DNA from: Candidatus Micrarchaeota archaeon
GTDB lineage: Archaea > Micrarchaeota > Micrarchaeia > Norongarragalinales > Norongarragalinaceae
Assembly: GCA_964408425.1 (NCBI GenBank)
Contig: CAYOZI010000006.1
Span: 1 to 43,569, forward strand
Reading direction: 5' to 3'
DNA: 43,569 bases
The notes under the pieces were generated by a model. The model did not search any database, was not told the DNA's origin, and was given only the letters and a program-made list of their open reading frames with translations. Every line of letters starts with the position of its first letter. The first letter of the stretch is position 1. Shown piece by piece: positions 36,541-43,569 of the stretch. Both the position numbers and the translations under genes were made by a program.

Positions 36541-38079
36541 TCAGATCGACAGTTTCTTGCGCATTATGTAGCTTTGAGTCACGCTGCAGATTTCCTTCGT
36601 CCCGCGTATTCCATTCTGGCTCAACTGCCTCAACAAATTCTCCCGCTCCTTCAACTCCGCCAGAATACCGTCGTTGCTCAACCCGGTATACTTCCTCAAC
36701 AGCTGGAAGAAAATCGAATCCACTCCCGTAGTCGACATCTTGTCCTTCACCGGATCCCAAGAGTGCGTCACTTGAATCTCCGGCTTGCCAACATCCAACG
36801 TCACGACTTCAGCAATCTCCGTAACCCGCCTCAGCGTTCCCAGCCTCCTGTCGTGAATGCGGTTTTGCATGACTATCAAATTCAAAGCGGAAATCATTAC
36901 GGAAGGGACGTTGATGGGCGGAGAGGCGATGCGAACGAGCGTTTCCTGCGCCGAATTCGCGTGCACAGTCCCCATCACACCCCTGTGCCCCGTGTTCATC
37001 GCCGCAAACATCGTGTAACCCTCTTCACCGCGAATTTCACCGACGATTATCCGGTCAGGACGCATGCGAATGCTGTTTTTCACCAGGTCGTTCATCGTTA
37101 TTTCCCCCGTTCCTTCCAGCGAAGGCGGGCGCACTTCCATACGCAGCCAGTGCTCGAGCGGCAAGCTTAATTCAGCCGTGTCTTCAATCGTAACAATCCT
37201 CTCGCTGTTCGGAACGAACGAGCATAAAACGTTCAGCGTCGTCGTCTTTCCCGAAGCCGTTCCTCCGGCAATCAAAACGTTCGCCGGATACGCGCCCAAG
37301 CCGTCAGTCGCAACCCACAACAACGCCGCCGTCTCGAAATCCAGAGTCCCGTAGTTTATGAGGTCAATAACGCTCAACGGGTCTTTCCTGAATTTCCTGA
37401 GGGTAAGCGTAGACCCGTCGATGCTGGCAGGAGGGAAAGTCGCATTTACACGAGTTCCGTCCGGCAGACGCGCATCAAGCATCGGAACCTGCACGTCAAT
37501 CCTTCGCCCAACAGCCCGCCCTATCCTTTCCACGAGATTCCGGATGTCCGAATCCTCGTAAAAAATTATGTTCGTCTTCATCATTTCGTACTTTCGGTGG
37601 AAAACGTAAACCGGCTTTCCCGGCCCTACAATCATGATTTCCTCAAGCTGGTCGTCACCAACCAAAGCGTCTATCAAACTGTAACCCACCATTTCCCGCA
37701 CTACGGCTTCAGCGTAAAAATTGCGGGAATGGATTGGAACGCTCAGCTCGGGGCTTTTCTCGATTATTTCCATTATCTTGTCGAAATACCTTTTCCGTTT
37801 TTCCTCTTGAGTCAACGCCCCGGAATCCGCAGGCAAGACGCTTATCGCAATTTGCAGCAAAGCGTCTATCAACTGCTTCTCCCCACCCTTGTAATGGGGG
37901 ACGGGCACTTCGTAAACCAAAACCGCCTCGCGTGAATCCTTATAGATCTTAACGTCCCCGTAAGAATCAACCAAAACCTTTCCTTCATCCGCTCCAGCCG
38001 GCTTTTCCTGCAGATCCATGGGCCTTTCCAGCGGTGCTACGGACTTGGCTTTTTTCGCGAGATTTTCGAAGTAAGACAT
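36541..38079 (-). CDS. Pilus assembly ATPase (CpaF/VirB11 family)
   Basis: DARLPDGTRVNA, GGTASGKTT, TIEDTAEL, RMRPDRIIVGEIRG, MNTGH. Confidence 0.95.
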   Translation of the reverse strand: MSYFENLAKKAKSVAPLERPMDLQEKPAGADEGKVLVDSYGDVKIYKDSREAVLVYEVPVPHYKGGEKQLIDALLQIAISVLPADSGALTQEEKRKRYFDKIMEIIEKSPELSVPIHSRNFYAEAVVREMVGYSLIDALVGDDQLEEIMIVGPGKPVYVFHRKYEMMKTNIIFYEDSDIRNLVERIGRAVGRRIDVQVPMLDARLPDGTRVNATFPPASIDGSTLTLRKFRKDPLSVIDLINYGTLDFETAALLWVATDGLGAYPANVLIAGGTASGKTTTLNVLCSFVPNSERIVTIEDTAELSLPLEHWLRMEVRPPSLEGTGEITMNDLVKNSIRMRPDRIIVGEIRGEEGYTMFAAMNTGHRGVMGTVHANSAQETLVRIASPPINVPSVMISALNLIVMQNRIHDRRLGTLRRVTEIAEVVTLDVGKPEIQVTHSWDPVKDKMSTTGVDSIFFQLLRKYTGLSNDGILAELKERENLLRQLSQNGIRGTKEICSVTQSYIMRKKLSI

Positions 38080-38133
38080 ACCAAACAAGAAACGCAACCG
38101 CGTTTAAAAAAACGATTGAAAGCGAAAAGAAAA

Positions 38134-39522
38134 TCAGCGCTTCAACCTTTTCTGCAATTCCGCAGGGTCCACTCGCAAACGATGCTCTTTCATCAATTCC
38201 CCGAAGCCCTTCCCGCTTTTCACCAATGCATCCAGTTCCCTTTCCGAAAGCTTGCGCAAGCCCTTCCCTCCGGTTATTTTCTCGGCGCCATTTCCCGAAG
38301 GCAATTCCCTCAAAATTTCCGGAATCGCCGCTTTCACGATTACGCCTTTTGCGTATAGGGAAAACAATTCCTTCAACTGCAGTTCTGTTATCTTATCCGT
38401 TTTCACTCCTTCTCGCCTCAAGCTTACAATCGTCTCCAACAGCGTAGACGCGACCGCAGTTGCATCTGCCTTGGTTTCCCTCACGATGCGCTCGAACAAG
38501 CCGGAATCTTTCGAAGACGCCATCCTCTGCGCCATCTGCTCGTTCAGCCCTATTTTCCTCAAACCCGCGGTTTGCTCTTCCGCGCTTTCCCCGACAACCG
38601 CTTCATCCAACATGCGTTTTTCTATACCCACGTGCGGAACGTCCGTCTCCGGGTAAATCCTCGCCGCTCCAGGCAAAGGACGCATGTACTCGCTCTCCAA
38701 TCCGATTATCCTCCTAGTCTCCCCACCTTCCCTCACGCTTTCTCTCCTCTGGCGGGCTATTTCCACGTCAATGATTTTCGGCAACAGCTTCAAATCCTGA
38801 ACTCCCTTCAACTCTGTCCTCTCCCCGCCGTCCACGCTGACGTTCAAATCCTGGCGAATGCTTCCCAACCCCCTCTGCACCCGTCCCGACGCTCTGAGAA
38901 TTCCGCCCAATTTTTCGGCAGTCTCCTTAGCATGCTCGCCGTCCTTTACGTCCGGCGCGGTGGCGATCTCCACCAACGGAATCCCGAGCCTATCCAAACG
39001 ATAAACGAATTTCCCTTCCGTTTTCTCCACGATTCCCGCGCTCTCCTCCTCCAACGCAACGGACTGGACGCCCACTTTTCCTTTCGAGGTTTCAACAAAA
39101 CCCCCTGTTGCAATCAGCATCGTCCGTTGAAAGCCGGAAACGGCCGAACCGTCGGCAATAGTCTTCCTCATCACGTGCGCTTCATCCACTACCTTCGAAT
39201 GCAACGCTTTCGCTATTCCCAACGCTATCATTAACGCGTCGTTGTTCAACGGGCAAGGAGGCTGTTCGTCGCTCTCGACCGAACATGAAAAACGGGAATC
39301 AATTAAGTATTCAAAAACGATTTTCTTTCCAGCTTCGTACGCTGCGGCGACGTCTATTTCCCCCAATTCCCCGCCAACCGCCTTCAGCCGCCGATGCAAA
39401 ACCTCGTCAACATGAAACTCGCTTTTCTCGGCAGAAGGATAAGCGTAGCAAACGCAGTGCAATTTCCACGAGTCCAGCCGCTGGTGGATTTCCAAACCGA
39501 TTTTAACGCCCAATCCAGCCAC
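38134..39522 (-). CDS. gatE: Glu-tRNA(Gln) amidotransferase subunit E, short form
   Basis: GLEIHQRL, MRK..DGSAVSGFQRT, LDRLGIPLVEIAT, RGLGSIRQDLNVS, RPLPGAARIYPETD; start GTG 39522 or ATG 39552. Confidence 0.93.
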   Translation of the reverse strand: MAGLGVKIGLEIHQRLDSWKLHCVCYAYPSAEKSEFHVDEVLHRRLKAVGGELGEIDVAAAYEAGKKIVFEYLIDSRFSCSVESDEQPPCPLNNDALMIALGIAKALHSKVVDEAHVMRKTIADGSAVSGFQRTMLIATGGFVETSKGKVGVQSVALEEESAGIVEKTEGKFVYRLDRLGIPLVEIATAPDVKDGEHAKETAEKLGGILRASGRVQRGLGSIRQDLNVSVDGGERTELKGVQDLKLLPKIIDVEIARQRRESVREGGETRRIIGLESEYMRPLPGAARIYPETDVPHVGIEKRMLDEAVVGESAEEQTAGLRKIGLNEQMAQRMASSKDSGLFERIVRETKADATAVASTLLETIVSLRREGVKTDKITELQLKELFSLYAKGVIVKAAIPEILRELPSGNGAEKITGGKGLRKLSERELDALVKSGKGFGELMKEHRLRVDPAELQKRLKR

Positions 39523-39526
39523 CCAC

Positions 39527-40846
39527 TCAATCCAATTTTTTGAACTGCGCATCCCTCAACCGCGGGTTGAACTCGCCCCGAAAGTTTTCCAGCATTTTAT
39601 CCTTCGCAACCCAGTTCTTGTGCCCCAGCACCCAGCCGAGCTTCACGAACATCGTTTCCGGCAAGCCATCCTCCAGAAAAACCGCTCCAGCATCGCTCAA
39701 TTTTCTCAAGTTCGAGTAAACGAACGGGCTGACTTTTCCGAAGAGCGTTTGGGTAGTAATGCCCACAAAAACACCCGTATCCACCGCTTTCTTCACGTGA
39801 GGAATCCAGGACTTCGCTGAATTCGTTGGCACGTGCCCCAATCCCATCGCTTCGATTATGATGCCCCTGTTCTTTTCAGCCAGGAAATCCAAAATCGAAG
39901 GGTCCGAGTTCGGGTAGGCTTTCACCAGCGCCGTTTTCTCTTCAAAAACTGCGTCGAGCTTTTCCTCCACCGTTTTTTCGGAAAAGGTTTTGTCCTCTAT
40001 CCGCCCGTCCGCGTAAATCTTCGCCAGCGGGGAATCGTTGATGGATTGGAATGCATCGCGCCTTGAAGAATGCATCTTCCTTACCTTCGTTCCCTTGTGG
40101 GCATAGCAAAAGTCGTCGCTGGAAGAGCCGTGCATTACGACGCTCACTCCCGGATAATGCGCCTTGCCGACAAAATGCGCGGCGCAAACCAGATTCAAAG
40201 CCCCGTCAAAACTCCCCCGGTCGGGGCTTCGTTGCGCGCCTACGAGAGCGACAGTTTTGTTAGTGGAAAGCATGAAACTCAACGCAGCCGCGCTGAAACC
40301 CAACGCGTCCGTACCATGGGTAATAATCACTCCGTCGCTGTCCTTCAACTGCCATTCCGTTTCCTTTGCCAGCGCAACCCATTCTTTCGCGGTAATGTCT
40401 TCGCTCATCAGGGTGAAAGGGGACGAAATGCGGTGCAGATCACACGCCTCCAGCAAATCCGGAAATTGCGAAACCAAATCCTTCGGTTTCGTCAATGCCA
40501 CCACTCCGCCAGTGTTGTAATCAACTTTCGAAACGATTGTCCCCCCGGTTGCGACTAGGGTTATTTTCGGAAGACCTTTCCTTTTCTCCAAGGGCTCTTT
40601 CGCTTCATTCCTCAAAACTCCTTCATGCTGTTTTGCTGGCAGTTTTTCCAAAACCGTTTTGTCCGAAATTGAAAGACCGGCGTTGTAGCCGCTGTCCAGT
40701 TTTATTACCAGCAAATCCTCGTCTCCGGCGGCCCTGGGCATCAAAAGCCCTTCGTAAACCACGCCGCCCTTGTCTACGCGGATCCTATCCCCTTCGGCAA
40801 TGCCTTTCGACTTCAAAAAATCAAGCATTTTCTTTGAGTAAGCCAC
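39527..40846 (-). CDS. gatD: Glu-tRNA(Gln) amidotransferase subunit D
   Basis: IKLDSGYN, TGGTIVSKVDY.TG, HGTD, GAQRS.DR, RKMHSSRRDAF. Confidence 0.96.
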   Translation of the reverse strand: MAYSKKMLDFLKSKGIAEGDRIRVDKGGVVYEGLLMPRAAGDEDLLVIKLDSGYNAGLSISDKTVLEKLPAKQHEGVLRNEAKEPLEKRKGLPKITLVATGGTIVSKVDYNTGGVVALTKPKDLVSQFPDLLEACDLHRISSPFTLMSEDITAKEWVALAKETEWQLKDSDGVIITHGTDALGFSAAALSFMLSTNKTVALVGAQRSPDRGSFDGALNLVCAAHFVGKAHYPGVSVVMHGSSSDDFCYAHKGTKVRKMHSSRRDAFQSINDSPLAKIYADGRIEDKTFSEKTVEEKLDAVFEEKTALVKAYPNSDPSILDFLAEKNRGIIIEAMGLGHVPTNSAKSWIPHVKKAVDTGVFVGITTQTLFGKVSPFVYSNLRKLSDAGAVFLEDGLPETMFVKLGWVLGHKNWVAKDKMLENFRGEFNPRLRDAQFKKLD

Positions 40847-40882
40847 TTCGAAACACCAGCCTACAAATTAACTGCGAGGACT

Positions 40883-42424
40883 TTAAAACGCCTTAACCAT
40901 ATAAGGCGAACGCAATTCATAGCCTTGCTTTTTGTAATACTCGCGCACTCCCACTCCGCTCGTCACCTTCAAGCTTTTTGCGTCAAACTCTTCCTTCGCT
41001 ATTCTTTCCGCTTCTGCCAAAAGCGTTTTTCCGAAGCTCTTGTGCTGCAATGCATTCTCATTCTTCTCCCCGATAGCAACCTGTTCTCCGTACACGCGCA
41101 ATTCCCTCACTCCGCAATTCAATCCCCCTTCCTTTTCTAAAGCCCTCAGCCGCAAAAACCCTATTAGGTAATCCTCGGCAGTATCGAAAGAAAGGAATAT
41201 TTCCTTCCCTCCGCTCGCCTCGTAATCCAAACGATGCATTTCCACGCTATCGAAATCCACTTGCTTGAACCGCGACGCCAAACCTGCTTCCCTGCAGCGA
41301 ATGCACTTGCAGTTGAAACCCATTTTCCGAACTTCCGCTTTCACGAGTTCCCTCAAATTCGTCTTCTTCACCCCATCGGCTATCTTGAAAGACGGAATGT
41401 CCCTATCCACACGCATAATTCTGCAATAGCGGGATACGAATTTCTTTCCTTGCGCGATCACGCTAGCCGCTATCTCCTCGCGGTACGGTTCGAACTCCCC
41501 CTTCTCCCACAAAGCGTGCAATTCCGTGCCTGGAATGACGAGCGTTGGATAGATTTTCAGCATGTCCGGCTTGAAATCCGGATTGGAAAACACTTCTTCA
41601 AACATCTTCACGTCTTTTTCCGGCGTAGAGTAAAGCCCCGGCATCAAGTGATAGCCCACTTTCAAAAAAGCGTTTTTCACGTTTTTCGTTGCTTCAACGC
41701 TTTCTTTTACTCCATGCCCCCTCTTCACTTTTTTCAAAGCCTCGTCGTCCAAACTCTGAACTCCCAATTCTATGCGCGTGGCTCCGAAATCCAAAAGCCT
41801 ACACACTTCTCCCTCGCCCGCCCAGTCGGGGCGCGTTTCAAAAGTCAAGCCAATAATCCTATGTGGAGCCGTCTCGTTCGCTTCAATCGCCTTTTCAAGG
41901 GAATCGCTTGCAAAACCGTTGAACGCATCATACGCCCCTTTAACGAATTTTTCCTGATAATCCAACGGCTCGGCGTTGAACGTTCCTCCCATCACTATCA
42001 ACTCGCACTTTTGAGGAACATGCCCGATGGCATAAAACTGTTTTAAGCGCGAATCCACTTGCTTGAAAGAATCGAAATTATTGCGTCTGGCCCTCAACGA
42101 GGCCGGCTCGAAGCCCGTATAGCTTTTCGCCGCCAATTCGCTAGTCGGGCAGTAAGCGCAACGGTAAGGACAAGAGATGGGCTTGAGCATTATCGCGATT
42201 ACGCTCACCCCGCTCAAACTCCTGACCCCCCTCGTTTTCAGCAAAAACAAGTACTTGCTTTTCTCGATTTCAGGCAAAGCCGCTAACACATCCGCGTTTC
42301 GCACGAAATCCTTCAAACCGTATTTTTCCGAAACCCGTCTCTTCAAAGAATCCAGTTCCCTCTTGGAGTTGACGCTAGGCAATTGGACGGCAACTTCCCC
42401 AGCAGCAACGCTCACATTAGACAA
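40883..42424 (-). CDS. elp3: Elp3 tRNA U34 carboxymethylation enzyme (radical SAM + GNAT)
   Basis: SGVSVIA, CPYRCAYCP, KSYTGFEPA, ETRPD, ELGVQ, KIYPTLV, CIRCRE, VREL, QHKSFG, SGVGVREYY. Confidence 0.95.
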   Translation of the reverse strand: MSNVSVAAGEVAVQLPSVNSKRELDSLKRRVSEKYGLKDFVRNADVLAALPEIEKSKYLFLLKTRGVRSLSGVSVIAIMLKPISCPYRCAYCPTSELAAKSYTGFEPASLRARRNNFDSFKQVDSRLKQFYAIGHVPQKCELIVMGGTFNAEPLDYQEKFVKGAYDAFNGFASDSLEKAIEANETAPHRIIGLTFETRPDWAGEGEVCRLLDFGATRIELGVQSLDDEALKKVKRGHGVKESVEATKNVKNAFLKVGYHLMPGLYSTPEKDVKMFEEVFSNPDFKPDMLKIYPTLVIPGTELHALWEKGEFEPYREEIAASVIAQGKKFVSRYCRIMRVDRDIPSFKIADGVKKTNLRELVKAEVRKMGFNCKCIRCREAGLASRFKQVDFDSVEMHRLDYEASGGKEIFLSFDTAEDYLIGFLRLRALEKEGGLNCGVRELRVYGEQVAIGEKNENALQHKSFGKTLLAEAERIAKEEFDAKSLKVTSGVGVREYYKKQGYELRSPYMVKAF

Positions 42425-42480
42425 GAAAAACCCACCTGGAAAACCAAGACGATAAATACTGAAAAAACGAGTTAAAAAAC

Positions 42481-43569
42481 TCAACCGAAAAACGACTTTG
42501 CCTCTCCCTTGGCCGTTTCAACTTTCACTTCAACCGCTTTGCCTAATTCCTTTCCGGAAAAAGCGTGGGTTATTTTCAAAACCTCTCCTTTCTTGACGTT
42601 TTCAAAAACCCATTCCAACAAATCGCCCGTAACCGTCTGCTTGGTTTTTGGTTTTAAAGAAAATTCAGAAGCACTTCCTTCAGGAACCAATTCTAAAATT
42701 CGAACGCTCTTCAAGTCGCCAAGGCGATTTTTGATTGAAATCTCGATTTTGCTGTCTTTCAAAACTCGTTTTACCTTAATCGTTCGGTAGAAAAATTTGT
42801 GCCACACCAATACCGCTAGAATAAGCAATAAAATCAATGCCCCCAAAACAGGGTTGAGGTTGAGGGAAGCCAAGCCGGTTATTGAAGAAGGCTGGAAAAC
42901 GGCTTTAGAGGGCAAGGGTTTTTGTAATTTCACCACGCGGATTTCTTTGGTTTTGTTGCCGAATGCCACTCTCCATCGGCCTTCCCGGTCGAAAACAAAT
43001 TTAACCAACCCGCTTTGCAATTCCCTCGAGAAAACGTTGCCTTGAGGATCATAAACCTTCAACAAACCGCTTGCTGGAACTCCGTTTATGAAAACGCCGA
43101 TAGTCTGTTCTCCCACTTCAACCTCGTCTGGCACCCGAATGTCCACTTCCCCGCCCAAATTGGTTTCATTCGCGTGGGCAGTGGCACTTGGAGATGGCGT
43201 TGAACTTACAGACGGGCTTGGCGAAGGAGAGGCTGTGGGCGTTGCAGCCCCGCCCGCATCTGGAGTAGGAGTCGGGGTTGAAGAACTTTCGGAAGCAGTT
43301 TCGTTTCTTTGCGCGTCTATCGTCTCGTTCTTTTCCTCGCCAGTATTAAGCGCCAGGTAGGAAAACGACGTTTGGTTGCAGGCAAAGTTCGGGTAGCACT
43401 CGTAATTGCCGCTTACGGAAGAATAATTTTCCAAACTCGGGTTTTTCACGCTTTGAATTGAAACCAAATGGAAATCCGTCAAGTTAACCCAACCGTAATT
43501 CGTGAAAACCACGGCCGGAGTAGTGTAGTTTATGGCGTAATCGTTTTCGAGGTTGCAATTCCAGGAGAC
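42481..43569 (-). CDS. 3' part of a large surface glycoprotein with S/T/P-rich linker, TM helix and cytoplasmic C-terminal domain (5' end off window)
   Basis: Frame open to the window edge; many N-x-S/T sequons; TPTPTP...SPSPSPS linker. Confidence 0.85.
   Translation of the reverse strand, partial: VSWNCNLENDYAINYTTPAVVFTNYGWVNLTDFHLVSIQSVKNPSLENYSSVSGNYECYPNFACNQTSFSYLALNTGEEKNETIDAQRNETASESSSTPTPTPDAGGAATPTASPSPSPSVSSTPSPSATAHANETNLGGEVDIRVPDEVEVGEQTIGVFINGVPASGLLKVYDPQGNVFSRELQSGLVKFVFDREGRWRVAFGNKTKEIRVVKLQKPLPSKAVFQPSSITGLASLNLNPVLGALILLLILAVLVWHKFFYRTIKVKRVLKDSKIEISIKNRLGDLKSVRILELVPEGSASEFSLKPKTKQTVTGDLLEWVFENVKKGEVLKITHAFSGKELGKAVEVKVETAKGEAKSFFG

Noticed and set aside
43190-43300. 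Low-complexity repeats (GGAGTAGGAGTC..., TPTP/SPSP)
   Set aside because: Ordinary Ser/Thr/Pro linker of a surface protein, not a DNA repeat element

Overview
Archaeal chromosomal window (RFC, GatD/GatE, pelota, Elp3, class III signal-peptide pilins, TTTAAA/TTTATA promoters, GGTG-type SD sites, frequent TTG/GTG starts). Compact genes suggest a DPANN lineage such as Micrarchaeota (inference only). It has four blocks. (1) ~470-11.4 kb housekeeping: rfcS, MtaB-like methylthiotransferase, topA, truncated NFACT/RqcH, DUF373-PRC, ACT protein, pelota, SDR. (2) ~11.4-28.0 kb copper/thiol-redox island. A divergent BlaI/CopY-type repressor plus sensor-less M56 protease sits among four TTACA-N5-TGTAA operators, with CopA/CopZ/cupredoxin, CcdA, several Trx/DsbA-fold proteins, SufS, FTR1 and glutaredoxin. 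The island also encodes two membrane-tethered proteins with an identical APDMVGGC C-terminal arm and unannotated SD-bearing Cys micro-ORFs (MTGKKRRGGCC, MQGPGCGCGDGCC, a 38-aa Cys6 peptide). (3) ~28.3-38.1 kb type IV (Epd/Tad-like) pilus locus with about ten class III signal-peptide genes, three of them micro-pilins, plus an embedded TctA-family permease and membrane-anchored OB-fold protein. (4) gatE lacking its insertion domain, gatD, elp3 and a partial surface protein. No rRNA, tRNA, CRISPR or transposase was recognised. The best candidate for an undescribed system is the BlaI/M56-regulated copper island with its C-terminal GGC/GCC peptides.
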